A DNA stretch of 63,535 nucleotides, the filler included, from Octopus bimaculoides (lineage: Eukaryota): the NCBI RefSeq assembly GCF_001194135.2. It is 5 parts of 4 records of this genome, joined end to end, with 100 filler letters (N's around TTAATTAATTAA, not from the genome) between each part and the next. Parts side by side here need not be neighbours in the genome. Positions count along the whole stretch, not along the records: positions 33,478 to 61,480 come from NC_068981.1; 4 more parts are not named here. The stretch is one strand, 5' to 3'. Made by a program: the position numbers and the translations under genes. Of the stretch, positions 36,881 through 51,073 are shown one piece after another; positions within the stretch are counted from its first letter, which is position 1, and every line of letters starts with the position of its first letter. Under the pieces are notes generated by a model, which worked only from the letters and a program-made list of their open reading frames with translations, was not told the origin of the DNA and did no database searches.

Positions 36881-37219
36881 GTCTGTGTGAGTGTCTACGT
36901 ATGTAGAGTTAACGAACGCAGAAGGTTTCTATCCAGTGTGAGAATGTGGTTGCGGGTATCTTTTAGAATTTTAAATGTTTTTTTTTTATATTTTATATCT
37001 TATTTAGTTTTTCATGTCTATTAGAGTAACTTCCCTTTTATTGAACGGTTTTTTTCATAGCGTCTATCGTCCAAATAGCCGACAAAAATACCTTCAAGCT
37101 CCGGCATTTGAAGCTCTCAGTTCTCTTATGACAATTTACTGATTGTCCTATACTAAATATATATATATAATATAAATAATATATATATGCATATATACAT
37201 ACATAGATGTACATACCTA

Positions 37220-37258
<39 letters not shown>

Positions 37259-38950
37259 ATATATATATATATATATATATACATGCATATATGAGTATAG
37301 GACGTCAAAATACGTGAACAAAATGAAAAAGGAGAACATAAAAGACAACAAATACATGGAAAACGAACTTCTTTTTCGGATAACGAAAGGCACAAATAGA
37401 CAAACAAGACAGGTAACATAAAGAACAATCCCCTCATCAGTTATCCCCTCTGTTATCTATTCAGGATTTCAAAGGTTAGGACAAAACGCGACTTCGTTGA
37501 AACAGTCCTTCTCGCAAAGCATATTAAATGAAATTTGATATGTTACGAATTATTGTTATATATCGTCATTGATATATGCTACCGTGTCATTCATAATCAT
37601 TTGTTATTTGGAAATTGTCTAAAATCAATATCGAATTTGGTTGGGGCAATTTAGTTGTACAGAGAGTGAAAGCAATAGATTAAATCATTTATGTGATTAT
37701 CAATTACTTGTGAACTTACAATGCACAAATACATTAAACAGCTTTCATGAATAGGAATGCTAAATGTGAAATCTATATGCATGAGTGTAATATCTCTAAT
37801 CAAAACATACAGGCGTATTATATCAAATACTACTTTGAGATACACGTATAACAAATGGGTGCGTTCCTATACGGGGTGAATCTAAGGAAGAAAATATTTT
37901 CATATGGTGTAAAGCGCGTTCCGTACACTGAACTATCCAGATTTGCTTCAGTTGCATTGCTTGTAAACCTGTGAAATCATATATATACAATATTTGAAAT
38001 ATTTGAAGGCATTTAGTCAGATTGACAAAATTTAAAAGAAAAGGAAATCGATCATCATGGAATAAATTCCTCTAAAATAAATAAGAAGATAATGCTTAAA
38101 TTAGAGTTTAGTTCATAGTTATGGAAATATATGTAAGAAATATTCTATATTGGAAAATATTTCGTTTTCTTATGAATTATTCAAAGAATACGAATATGCA
38201 TTTATAGAAAATTGACTTCAAAATTCATTACATATAACATTATTCACCTAGCCCGAAAGTTGAACATGTAAAGAGTTTTACATAATCATACATATTCAGT
38301 ACAAATGCCAATCAATTGTCTTTATGTCCGTTTGTCTGTATGTATGATATGCGTGTGTTTGTGTGTGTAAGAGTGTTGGTATATAGATCTGAATTTAAAT
38401 ACACATGCATAGATACACACACACACACACACACATTCACCCTACTTATTTAAATATGGGTAGGTGTGTGTGTCTTCCATTAACTAGGGACCCCTCAAGA
38501 GAAGTTTTACTAGTGTTACTCTTACTAAAATTGGTAATGCCACGAGAGACATTCAAACAATCTGATAAACTATCATAGACTAAAATAAAATGAATTCCCT
38601 AAAGAATTTTAAATCTACAAGAAATAAAATTTCAATAGAGGGCAAGTTAGAGTCACCCGAACACAAAATGCTTAAGGCATATCAAACATATACATACACT
38701 GTCAGCTGTGTAATGGATATTGTTATGATTTCCACAATACAGCGATCAACAGTGATAATAGACGAGAAGTGGTAACAGAACATGATTCATCAACTCTACA
38801 TATACCTATTGTTTCAAGTAGAAACGCGAAATCTCAAACATAAATTGTAATAATCTTATAGAAACGAAGTACATAAATTTAATATTATAACATGCAAAAC
38901 CACATTTTCCTTCCATGCATATCAAGTAAATTGAATGAAATTGTTGCTGT

Positions 38951-39239
38951 TGGCACTCCGTGACTGAGCGCTCCACAGACACGTGTACGCTTAACGTACC
39001 CTTAGTTCTCGGGGATATTCAGCGTGACACAGTGTGACAAGGCTGACGCTTTGAATTACAAGCACAACAGAAACAGGAAGTAAGAGAAAGGTGTGGTGAA
39101 AGAGTACAGCAGGGCTCGCCACCATCTCCTGCAGGATGCCTCGTGGAGCTTTAGGTGTTTTCGCCCGGTCTGGGAATCGAAACCGCGATCCTATGACCAC
39201 GAGTCCGTTGCCCTAACCACTGGGCCATTGCACCTCCAC
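38951..39239 (-). mobile_element. tRNA-derived SINE (family of 27562-27894)
   Basis: Minus strand head: GTGCAATGGCCCAGTGGTTAGGG (A-box) ... GGTTTCGATTCCC (B-box); shared body. Confidence 0.9.
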
Positions 39240-39741
39240 AAATTGAATGAAATACATGTTATACATTACTCATAGTGGAAATCAAATTAGTGCCAAAGGC
39301 AATCATGCAATTCGAAAACTGTTTTTAACGGTTATATTCTAAATTCTAACCCTAAACATTTTATTCTCATAAACTATCTAAACATTTAAATAATTAACCC
39401 CATCCATGAATCACCAATTTTATTTGTTTCGAAACCCTGTGTATACTTGTATCTAAGCAGGTGTTCAAAATATTTATAGTTATGAATATAAATGTCATGG
39501 ATATATTTGTAGCAACGAATAGATTGTTTCTTATTGTTTTCATTTGATATAAATCATTCAGAAAATCAGTTTAAAATGAAAAGAAATACTTTTTCTCGTA
39601 ATAAAGTGCTACACTTACCTCTTCCTGAAAAAGCAATTCTTGCTATTTTTGATATAGTCTTCTTCTTTAACCTATTCTTAATTATGTAAACCGTTCTACT
39701 TACACTTTGGTAACTGTCTAACCGAAATATATTTATAACAC

Positions 39742-40140
39742 TTACTCTTTTACTCTTTTACATGTTTCAGTCATTTGACTGCAGTCATGCTGGAGCACCG
39801 CCTTTTAGTCGAAGAAATCCACCACAGGAATTTTTCTTTGTAAGACTAGTACTTATTCTATCGTTCACTTTTTCCGAACCGCTTTGTTACGGGGACGTAA
39901 ACACACCAGCATCGGTTGTGAAGCGGTGTTGGTGGGACAAATATAGACACACAAACACATACAAGCACATACATATACACATATATACGACGGGCGTCTT
40001 TCAGTTTCCGTCTACCAAATCCACTCACAAGGTTTTAGTCGGCCCGAGGCTATATTAGGAGACACTTGCCCAAGATGCCACGCAGTGGGACTGAACCCGT
40101 GACCATGTGGTTCGTGAGCAAGCTGTTAACCACACCGCTA
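39742..40140 (-). mobile_element. Near full-length tRNA-derived SINE with (AAGAGT)-type tail
   Basis: Head with GGTTCAGTCCC B-box, CORE-like CTTGGGCAAGTGTC, internal GGATTTGGTAGACGGAAACTGAAAGA and short tandem tail. A partial copy lies at 50778-50985. Confidence 0.85.
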
Positions 40141-40391
40141 CGAAATCTTCGAATCATGGTTAGTATACAGTATTGAGAAATGAATACAGACATGGTATGA
40201 ATCATTTAATCTCGGAATGTTTGGTTACAATTCATTACCGAAACGTATATTGCAAAAGAAGCTAATTCTGCAAGGCATAACATTCTTTCGTACTACTTCA
40301 TAAGCAAAAAGTCTAACAACATTAAATGCATTAATCTACATAGCTGGAGAAAATGAGTAAATGAGTGATACATGTATGTCAAATTGCCTGC

Positions 40392-40550
40392 CATGTTACA
40401 TTCTGTGTCACGCTGAAACTCACTCAAAAGCTACTTTAATGGTACGTATGTCTGTGGAATGCTAAGCCTCTTGCGCAGAGCATTAATTTCATGAGCAGGC
40501 CGTTCCGTTGATCAGATCGACTGGAACCCTCGTCGTCATAACTGACAATG
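40392..40550 (+). mobile_element. 3' tail fragment of the 27562-type SINE
   Basis: ATTAATTTCATGAGCAGGCCGTTCCGTTGATCAGATCGACTGGAACCCTCGTCGTC is the reverse complement of the tail at ~27580-27640. Confidence 0.8.
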
Positions 40551-42460
40551 ACAGTTAGCAGTAGAAGTAGTAGTAGTAGTAGAAGTAGTAGTAGTAGTAG
40601 TAGAAGTAGTTGTATAGTAGTAGTAGTGGTAGTGGTATTTGCTTTCTTCTGTAGAATAGTTTTTTCTAAAAATTAGAAGCAATCCCTCCTCTTTTCAATG
40701 GAACTTCATGTGACTGGCATTTTGTGTTATTTTCTCTTTGTTTCTATACTGTTTTCTTTTCCAGGGCATAAACAACCCAATATTTTGTCTATAATTGTAT
40801 ATGCCATACGTCTACATCTGTATACAGTGAGAAAGAAAAGAATTGAACAGAGGCTGACGTATCTACAAATTCATCTGGACGGCCATGCGTGTTATGTCTA
40901 TTTCAAGTATGGCAGTTACTAATTCTTCTTCTTTCCGAAAATTAAAGATCTAGATGCAATACCTTTGGTCATAGGCCTAATATGGCAACTTTTGAATGTT
41001 CTTGAGATCCGGTTGAGTGGTGATCCTAAACATCATGCACCGTCACTTCATAATGTCTGTTATTGTAATGATGTGATTTACTGAATGTTGGGAAATATAT
41101 TATATTTCTCAGAAAAGACATGAGACATTTACACTATGTGACTATATGCCTACCCTTGAAAACCGGTTGCCTTCTTGCTTCATCATATAAACTTTCACTG
41201 CTGCAATTATATTTGTATCGAAATATTCATGTCTTTGGGTCACCAGTAAATTCGTCGCGTACTTCAGTCACTGGGAATAGTTTGATGGTTTATGCCTGTG
41301 TGATAGTTTTGCATTACAGCATTCTCATAGCACCAAATACTGAAAAATTCCATTGGCTCACTTGCTGCTTTGTAAAATGCCTCACACAACTGTACACAGC
41401 AAACATCAGGTGAAAATTAATGCAATGTCAGGTAGTTTTTCTAATGTGATGATCTTATTTGCACAAACACTAACTAAATTTCAGAATGTTTTATCTTGCT
41501 GACATCCAGAGTTTTAATACGATTTTGCCGTATGTATAACACACACATAATTCTAGGTGATAGGTATCAATATGAACTGTATAACCATTTTTCGAGAAGA
41601 TGGAATTGTTTATAACTAGAGCACATTCTGTACAGTATTCATGTTCAATAATCACACTTCTCTTACAATTGTCTTCTGTCCGATCAACACGTATCTGAGA
41701 AGTGATCTCATAAAACTGCCTTGTTTTACTTCATGCTGTATCATCATAGGAGTAAGTCATGCACACAGGAGTGAAAGATGCTTCAAATGTTAAACTACGA
41801 TGTTTAGTCAGTCTTAAACGCAATTTTATTAATCTGTCGGACAGAAGAGAGCTAGAGTAGTTGGCCTGAAAGCTTCTTGGTGATGGTTAAGTAAACATTA
41901 GTCTTAATATGTAGATAATGCTCATTTATTTACCAGAAGGTGTAGTTTCGTTCCAATAGATTTACTTCTATTTGCAATTGTATTTGTAACGCTTCAGAAA
42001 TTGACTATACCAAATATTATTTATTAACTATAATCTATCCGATTTCTTCAATCTAGTCTAATTACAACTTCATTCTTTGTGACCAGGATACAAAAATGAA
42101 ATTAATATATATGTTTGTCAGAGAATGATGTGATATAGTAAGCAGTTTAAGAAAAAAGTACTTGAGCTACTATCTCTATTCTCGGGAGATCCCTAGATTG
42201 ACACACGCACGAAAAAACCCCTAGAGCTGCTTAAAGACTTTAGCTGCATGTCCGATAGATATTACATTTTCTTGGACCAGTGACTATCACAAAGTGGCAT
42301 TTATTTACGACCCTATGTTGGAGAGTGTAATGCATATGTTGAAATCTAGTGAATACTGTTTAGGAAGACATTCGTTTATTAAAATATACATTCAAAACGA
42401 AGTCAATTAGTGGTCTTTCTTCACTTAATTAGATGCATAAAGTGGGCAATTTGTATGCGC

Positions 42461-44960
42461 AATAGAGCACAATATCTAACGAAGATTTCAAAACGCCTAC
42501 ATCTACATTGTGCAGGTTCCTCAGGCTCTTTGGAAGAATATTAAAAAGCTGTGGGCCACTGAAACCCAGGATGTTGCAGTAACTGGCCCTGTAGCGCGAT
42601 GGCATTGCTGGGATGTTTGGCACTATGCAGTGTGGTCCCGTTCTGCCATTGGTGTAGCTTTCAATGCCAAAATTTGGCACAATTCCTTCCAGGATCTTCC
42701 AGATGTATACTACTGCATACCACTCCTGCCTTCTGTCCCTGGAGTAGAGTCTTCAATGTTTCAGCCTTTCCCAGTTGCTGAGCAGTTGCAAGGAGACGAT
42801 CTTCTTTGTGAATCTTCACTGGATTGCTTCAAGGTCTGCTGTTAATTTCACACTGTCGGGTGACCATAGCTGGGAGCAGTATTCCAGGTGGCTGAGGACG
42901 AATGTCCTCAAGAGGTCTATCATGGTTTCCATATCTCTGGTTCTGAATGTTCTCAGAATTCATCCAGTTAGTCGTCTGCACTTTGTCGCCATCCTGGTAA
43001 TGTGCATTTGGAAAGAGGTATCATCAATCTCTCATATCGATACCCAGGTCGCTCACTGGTTTAGGCTCTGGGATTGAAATTCCATTTGGACCAGTGTACC
43101 CTGCAAGTTTCACATTCAGTTTTGGACGCTGGTAGCGCAGAGCTTGGAATCTTTCAGCATTAATCTGCATATTATTTTCAGCCCATCTGTAAGGTGAGTC
43201 CAACTCCTGTAGCAGATGTGCAACTTCGCTGGGGTTCTGTATTTTCGGCGAAACTTTCGTATCGTCTGCTTATCATGCAATGGTGGCTATCCGGGCAGTC
43301 GAGGGCATATCTGAGAGGGCCACTGTAAAAAGCAGTGACCCCAAAACAGTACCCTGTGGAACACCGCTCACTGTTTGTATTTTCATAGAGGTGGCTTCAT
43401 TACCCACTACTACCTGACTTCTATCTTTCAGAAAGTTATGTAACCACTGTCCAAGTTTTCCATCTATGCCGAGATCACACATTTTGTGGCATATCATGCC
43501 ATGATCCAATCAAACTATATTACATCGACATTTGAGTTGTTGAGTAACTGGCTCAACACGCAGTCATAATGTTGTAAGAGCTGGGTCAGGCAGCACCTAA
43601 CTGCACGAAAGCCATGCTGAGTATCACTCAGCAAGTTATTTTCTTCAAGGAATGCGAGTAGGCTCCCTATGACTATCCGTTCTATGACATTGCTGATGTG
43701 TGAAGTCAGAGAGATAGGCCTATAGATTTTGACATCTGATCTGCTTTCCCCTTCATGGATTGGGCATATTATTCCCTCCGTCAGCTCACTTGGCAGTCTG
43801 CTATTTGAAGGAAAGCTCTGGAATAGAATCTGGAGGGGTTTCGCCAGTGCATGCTTGCACATTTCGAGGAGGATTGCTGGGAAAATATCAGCACCAGTAG
43901 TTGAATATGCGTCCACTTGATCTATGGCTAGTAGTATATCTTCTTTACGAATGTCGTTGTATTCCATCGTAACTGCCTCACTGGTTATAGGTGACGCGGC
44001 AAAGAAATCCACTGGCTCGTTCACTTCTCTGTGTTCTAACAGGGTGGTAAAGTCACTTTTGAATTGGTCATTCAGGACCTCAGTGATCCTAGCTGGACTG
44101 TCTGTGAGGGAGCTATACTTTTGGAAGAGGAGTCCTATTTTGAAGTGTACTGAGGCTGTTTCTTTTGCGTAATGAAAGAAGGCATTTGGGTTAGACTTGA
44201 TGTTTTTTATAACCCAGGCTTCTTTGCCTCACATTGGATTGTTGCAGCCTTTTATCAATCCCCATCAGTGTTGTTTTTAGGCGGGACCTTTCGCTACTTT
44301 TGGGATGTTGTTCGAGTCGATCTGCAACCTTCCTCCGTCGTCTCATGAGGATCTTCCTCTCCCTTGGAATCAAGTTACTATTTTTTTGGCCTTGTGCTCT
44401 AGGACATATTTCTGGCATATGGTTTGCACAACAGACATGAAACTGCAATGTTTCATGACAATGTCTAGTGTAGAGAGACATTTTGACCAGTCTTGTCTGA
44501 GAATCTCTTTTTGGATCGATTTCCACTCTGCTTTGCGGAAATTCAGATTGGAGAGATTTTGGGTGCTTCATTAAGGCTGTATGTCTCTGGTTGCTTTCGG
44601 CCCAAACATAAAACGATCTATTATATTGTCATCCGATACTAATGTCGGAGTCAATTTCAAATCATGAATGACATCCATATTGTTCGCGAAGGAGAGATCC
44701 AGAATGTTATTCGCCCTAGTTGGTCTGAGTACAGCTTGCTCCCTAAATAGAGCATTGGTGAGGTTGAGCAAGGACTCCACCTGTACTTGCTTGCAATGAG
44801 TCATTCCTGAGAGCATGAGACCTTCGGGCCATTTGACGTTGGGAAAGTTGAAATCACCCATAAGTTATATGGTCCCGTGGTCTTCCAGTTTCAGGAGGAT
44901 TTCTTTAATGCTTGTGAGGCAATCTCCAAACTTGCTTATGTGATTTGGAGCATCCGGTGG
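42461..44960 (-). mobile_element. Decayed CR1-type LINE ORF2 (APE C-terminal half, RT, C-terminus)
   Basis: GDFNFPNVKW, RPTRANNILDL, IYRPISLTSHISNVIER, QHGFR, SGVPQGTVLGSLLF, ADDTK, GPQLFNILPKSLRNL across ORFs 44571-44861, 43515-44024, 43273-43509 and 42429-42680, with multiple frameshifts. Confidence 0.9.
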
Positions 44961-44963
44961 GCA

Positions 44964-45058
<95 letters not shown>

Positions 45059-45326
45059 TGTATATATATATATGTACATATATACATATATATGTATATA
45101 TATATATATTTATATATATTTATATATGTATGTATATATATGTATATGTGTTGATAGATAGATAGATAGATAGATAGAAAGAAATACATGCACATATATA
45201 CACAAAGATACACACACACATATGCATAAAATAAGGATAAAAATCACGTTAATGATAATTATCGGGAAGTCAGCATGGAGATAGGCAATTTATATATTAA
45301 ATTAATAAACATATATATAATTATCC

Positions 45327-45400
<74 letters not shown>

Positions 45401-45664
45401 ATATCAATATAAATTCAAAATTCTTGTAAAAGAGTTTTGTCCCTTTTTGAATTTATTTATCAAATATATACACGGAATATATTCAATGTTGAATTTTTTT
45501 TCCTGTCTCCACATGGGTACCCAAAAACAACCCGGAAGTATTTCCCGCTTCTTTGATGAAGATATATACAGATACACTTCATTCCCTTTACTCTGTAGGA
45601 TACATAGTGTGTTCGCTTTTGGTGAGGTGAGAATTCTGTTTATTTATATATATATTTGGGACAA

Positions 45665-45726
45665 TAGTGTGCTGATGAACGAAATCTAGATTCATTCTAG
45701 TAATCGCGAAATCAGTCGATACACAG
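45665..45726 (+). ncRNA. Degenerate hammerhead-like motif (probable Penelope 3' end relic)
   Basis: CTGATGA (45672-45678), hairpin CTAGA/TCTAG, CGC-GAAA (45708-45711), TCAGTC, GATACACAG. Helix I and the base of helix II are only partly paired. Confidence 0.45.
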
Positions 45727-46513
45727 TTAAGTTTATTTAAAAGAANNNNNNNNNNNNNNNNNNNNNNNNNNNNNNNNNNNNNNNNNNNNNNNNNNNNNNN
45801 NNNNNNNNNNNNNNNNNNNNNNNNNNNNNNNNNNNNNNNNNNNNNNNNNNNNNNNNNNNNNNNNNNNNNNNNNNNNNNNNNNNNNNNNNNNNNNNNNNNN
45901 NNNNNNNNNNNNNNNNNNNNNNNNNNNNNNNNNNNNNNNNNNNNNNNNNNNNNNNNNNNNNNNNNNNNNNNNNNNNNNNNNNNNNNNNNNNNNNNNNNNN
46001 NNNNNNNNNNNNNNNNNNNNNNNNNNNNNNNNNNNNNNNNNNNNNNNNNNNNNNNNNNNNNNNNNNNNNNNNNNNNNNNNNNNNNNNNNNNNNNNNNNNN
46101 NNNNNNNNNNNNNNNNNNNNNNNNNNNNNNNNNNNNNNNNNNNNNNNNNNNNNNNNNNNNNNNNNNNNNNNNNNNNNNNNNNNNNNNNNNNNNNNNNNNN
46201 NNNNNNNNNNNNNNNNNNNNNNNNNNNNNNNNNNNNNNNNNNNNNNNNNNNNNNNNNNNNNNNNNNNNNNNNNNNNNNNNNNNNNNNNNNNNNNNNNNNN
46301 NNNNNNNNNNNNNNNNNNNNNNNNNNNNNNNNNNNNNNNNNNNNNNNNNNNNNNNNNNNNNNNNNNNNNNNNNNNNNNNNNNNNNNNNNNNNNNNNNNNN
46401 NNNNNNNNNNNNNNNNNNNNNNNNNNNNNNNNNNNNNNNNNNNNNNNNNNNNNNNNNNNNNNNNNNNNNNNNNNNNNNNNNNNNNNNNNNNNNNNNNNNN
46501 NNNNNNNNNNNNN

Positions 46514-46674
46514 TAGGGGCTAAACAACACCGAAGTATAAATGTATGAATATTTCTCAGTGTGTTCGTGTATCTATGCTGATGTAAACGTACGCATATGC
46601 GTGAATGCAAAGTCGTATAAGATGTTAGGTTCTCTCATGGTATCCCTCGCAGTGTACCGTGATACACACACATA

Positions 46675-46754
<80 letters not shown>

Positions 46755-47326
46755 ATACACACACAGACATACTTATGAATAACTTATGAATAAGCGAATT
46801 GAAGTATATTCCTGATATATAGTTTATAAATCTTGCAATGAATGTATCTAATAATTATATACATTTGTAATCATAGATCATAGTCACATTTGAATTAATG
46901 TATATTAATTGAGTATTTACAAATATCACGGGTTTGATTAATTATGCTTTGCTGTAATTGTAAACATCTTAATCTCTTAATTAGGTTTGTGCAATTATAT
47001 CGTAAATTTTTGTTATTAGTATACCGTGAATAATATGTGAATAATATGTCCGATAGCGTATTCTTGTTTACCTGTAAATATTCCGATATTATATTACAAA
47101 ATGCAATTTTCTTCTATTTAATGTGGCGATAGGATATTATAATTTTCTATTATCGCTTCCAGGGTTATACAATAACTAGTCTATTTAGTAAACAAGAGAA
47201 CTCAATGAAATATTAATTAAATTTCTTATATGCATTCACGCATATGCATACATTTACATCAGCATAGATACACGAACACACTGAGAAATATTCATGCATT
47301 TATACTTCGGTGTTGTTTAGCCCCTA
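46514..47326. repeat. 96-bp inverted duplication (46514-46609 versus 47231-47326)
   Basis: The arms differ at 3 positions by eye; the left arm abuts an N gap. Confidence 0.85.
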
Positions 47327-50300
47327 GTCAATTCTGTTGGAATAGACATATAATCAAAATCATTTACATTGTTGTAGCACGGCATATACGTGTGTGGGGC
47401 TAATAGGAGATTATCTTAACTAAAGTTCCCTCCCATAAAGTACGAAGATAATTGTCTTTTGAGGGATTTCTTCCTTCTGTAGCTGGCCAAATAACCATGT
47501 ACACGTACATTCTCAATTAGTTTTCTAAATGGACAGGTAGACATTCCTATGTAACAAATTGTGGTAAAACAGAAAGAGTGCATATTCTGTTATAATGTAT
47601 ATTATCATCTATTCAAAACATACCTTGTTGTCCATTACACAAGTATACGTAATGTATCTCATATGAATTGTATTTGTCTGGCTGCAAATTATATTTACGG
47701 TAAAATTTAGGAAAATGTTTAGTATAAACAGAAAGGGATGATTCATGTATAACACTTTCTGCTCCCGAATTTCAGTTGATTGATAGTTTATACGGACAAG
47801 AAGTTGTGTAAAGCATCACATTTAATTTTTTTTAATTTTTATTATAGCATGTATTATGATACAGACAAGACGAATTGGAAAGTATAACAAGATCAGGATT
47901 GCAGGAAATGATAACGGACACTTTCACTATTAAATGTGTGATGTTAGTGAAATTAATGAGAGCACACAGATCGATTAATAGTTAGCTTAATATCGAAGTT
48001 CACGGTAAACATCGTCTTTCATTCTTCTGTAATTATTAACTAATTGGTAATTAAAATACTCACACACACGCAAAAAAAAAGATCAGACATATGTATATCC
48101 TATACACACACACACACGTGTATGTGTGTGTGTATGTCTAATTATTTAAAATCTTTCTGTGAAGAAGGAACTGGTTTCTAGCAACGATAAAGAGCTCCAT
48201 CTTTGGAAAGTAGATAACGAAAATAATTTCATATTTTAAAACCGAGAAAAGTCTTACATTGTTTTACAGTTCATAGTTATACTGTTAGAGATTATATTCG
48301 TAATGTGCAGATCGGTTGGTTGATTTCTTTACCTTAAAATCCAAGCTTACTGTGACTGACACTTGGGCATTTACTTACAAAAAGAAGTACTCCAATTATT
48401 ATTGGTATAAATATACTTTCATAATTCGGATATAGAAACTGTAAATTTCGAAGTACTTCCCCATAGCTTCTCTTTGATTTTCAAAGTTATAAGTTAACAG
48501 GACAATGTATGTACGTATGAATGTATGAGTGAGCGGTATTTGAACTCACAACGTAAAGCTGGAAGAAATGCCGCTTACAGTTTTGTCCTGTTCGGTAATA
48601 ATTCTGCTGAAATTGTTTCAGTTCTTTGAAGATATATAAATATTTAAAACATTTCTAATATTTACAGTTCAGCAAATAACGCACATTATACGTTTCTTTT
48701 GTAATTAGACATCAAATGTAAGATCTTTAAACAACAATTATAAAATTAAAACCAAACCTTTCACAAATCAATTTAATAAATCGTTTAATAAGAAATAAAG
48801 ATCCGCAAGATATTGCGTAGTATTTCATTCCATAAAAACTTAAAAGCAATTAAAGTAAAATAAACTTAAAACCGAGGTAATAATTTGGTCTAACTACTTG
48901 TTTGGAACACTTGAAACGAAACTTTGTATGAAAGCAAATTTTACTTGAAAAACCTTTCATTAGTGCATTAAAATCTAACTTTCACCTTTTAAATCTTTTA
49001 TGATATTTTCTCTTTAAAAACAGTAGCTATATCCATTTAAGCTTTGACTTACTAATCATCCAATGGAAATTAAATTTGGAAGTAGCTAAGTAATAACATA
49101 AGCTTTATAAGATAATTGTTTTCTCTGAAGGAAACTAAAAATATTGATTTGTTTTAAAGCAAAAGCAACTGTTTGTCTATTTACTTAGAAACATAGTCTT
49201 ATTTGAATCAGTCAAAAATATTCGATTTGCCTCGGTAGCTTAGAGAGAAAATGAAAGTTGTTTTTCGTTATATGATGCATTCTCATTTGGTAGCATTTTG
49301 TTCTGAATGGTCATTATCCTTCGCTAAATTCGCAATCATGTCTCTACAGCAATGAAATCTTTATGTACATCGAAGCAGCAAAGTCTTCATCTAAAACTTT
49401 TTGTGGAATTTCATGTTTGAGAGATATCACCATACTATACTTCGCAACAAAATCCAATATAAATTCTTGTGTACAAATCTTTTTTTTTGTGTTAAATCGA
49501 CACCAGTCATCTCAAACAGATTTCCAACTGATTGGAGACAGAAAGAGAAAGAGAATGAAAGGGATACACAGAGATAGAGACAGAAATAGACAGACCAAGT
49601 TAGAAACATAGAATAAGTGTAAGGATGAGAAAGTTGAGGCAAAAATGAACTCTTTCAAACAATGCTTCGGGCGTCCACTTAATTTGTGATCATTTGATTT
49701 TTGAATTTTAGTTTAAATGTACAATTTCAGTTTTTGAGAAATACGGGTCAATTTTAGTTGCAGTAATATCTTAAAATGCTAAAATTGGAACATTTAATGT
49801 AAACACTTGCAACGAACCCATTGAATTATCTTCAATAATTCGAATTTCTAGCATTACGATTAAACTGATTTAGAAACATTAACGGTATTTGGCAGAATAT
49901 AGCTTGACGTCAGTTACTCCAAAATAGTATCTGAAAAGAATTCATAACTGGAAGAAAGATATTAATTTAAATGACAAGGGTCTCAGATGATGCCGCATGA
50001 GTTACCATTCGTGATCTTAATTGTTGTCTCATTTACGCTGTGGGAAACCACTTTATATGATAGCGTATCAATAAATATGCTTCGATTAAAATAACACAAC
50101 TGAGATTGATAAAAAATTAACACTACTTGTTAAAAGGAACTGTTCGATGCACTCTATTTTCTTGTACGAAACAAAATATCTCAGAAATAACCTACCAGCT
50201 TTAGAGAGCTGAAAATTCATTTTGAACAGTTGCTGGGAAAAAGCTCATGCTCTTGTAAATCAACGTATTCTGTGCGATGTGCGCCAGAACTAATTTCGCA

Positions 50301-50777
50301 ATAAAATATCAAGGAAATAAGCAGTATATTACACATAATTAGTTACACTTTTAAATAAATGTACGTAGGGGAGGTATATTTTTTGTCCGAATTGTTGGCA
50401 TAGAAGTATTACAATTGAACCATTCATCAGCGCTCACATATATGTAGCCCCATATATTACATACATGTATATATATANNNNNNNNNNNNNNNNNNNNNNN
50501 NNNNNNNNNNNNNNNNNNNNNNNNNNNNNNNNNNNNNNNNNNNNNNNNNNNNNNNNNNNNNNNNNNNNNNNNNNNNNNNNNNNNNNNNNNNNNNNNNNNN
50601 NNNNNNNNNNNNNNNNNNNNNNNNNNNNNNNNNNNNNNNNNNNNNNNNNNNNNNNNNNNNNNNNNNNNNNNNNNNNNNNNNTTTAGTTATGTATTTGATG
50701 CGAGGACAATCTCGTCACTCTACTCTGTGTGTGTGTGTGTGTGTGTGTGTATTATTTTATGCATTTCTTCTTTGACG

Positions 50778-50985
50778 CGTTTCAACCATTTGACTGCAGC
50801 CATGCTTGAACACCGCCTTAAAGGGTTTTAGTCGAAGAAATCGGCCTCAGGACTTATTCTTTGTAAGCCTAGTACTTATTCTATCTGCTGCTTATCCCGA
50901 ACTGCTAAGTTACAGCGACAAATACACACCGACATCGGTTGTCAAGTGATAGGTGGCGGGACGATCACAGGCACAAAGTCACGCA
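50778..50985 (-). mobile_element. 3' half of the 39742-type SINE
   Basis: CATTTGACTGCAGCCATGCT...TAGTACTTATTCTATC...CATCGGTTGT is shared with 39770-39920. Confidence 0.8.

Positions 50986-51073
<88 letters not shown>

Noticed and set aside
37340-37450. Minus-strand CTGATGA...GAAA hammerhead-like core (similar weak hits near 57290, 59125 and 61100)
   Set aside because: Helices I and III could not be paired, or core nucleotides are missing; at best these are very decayed Penelope tails.
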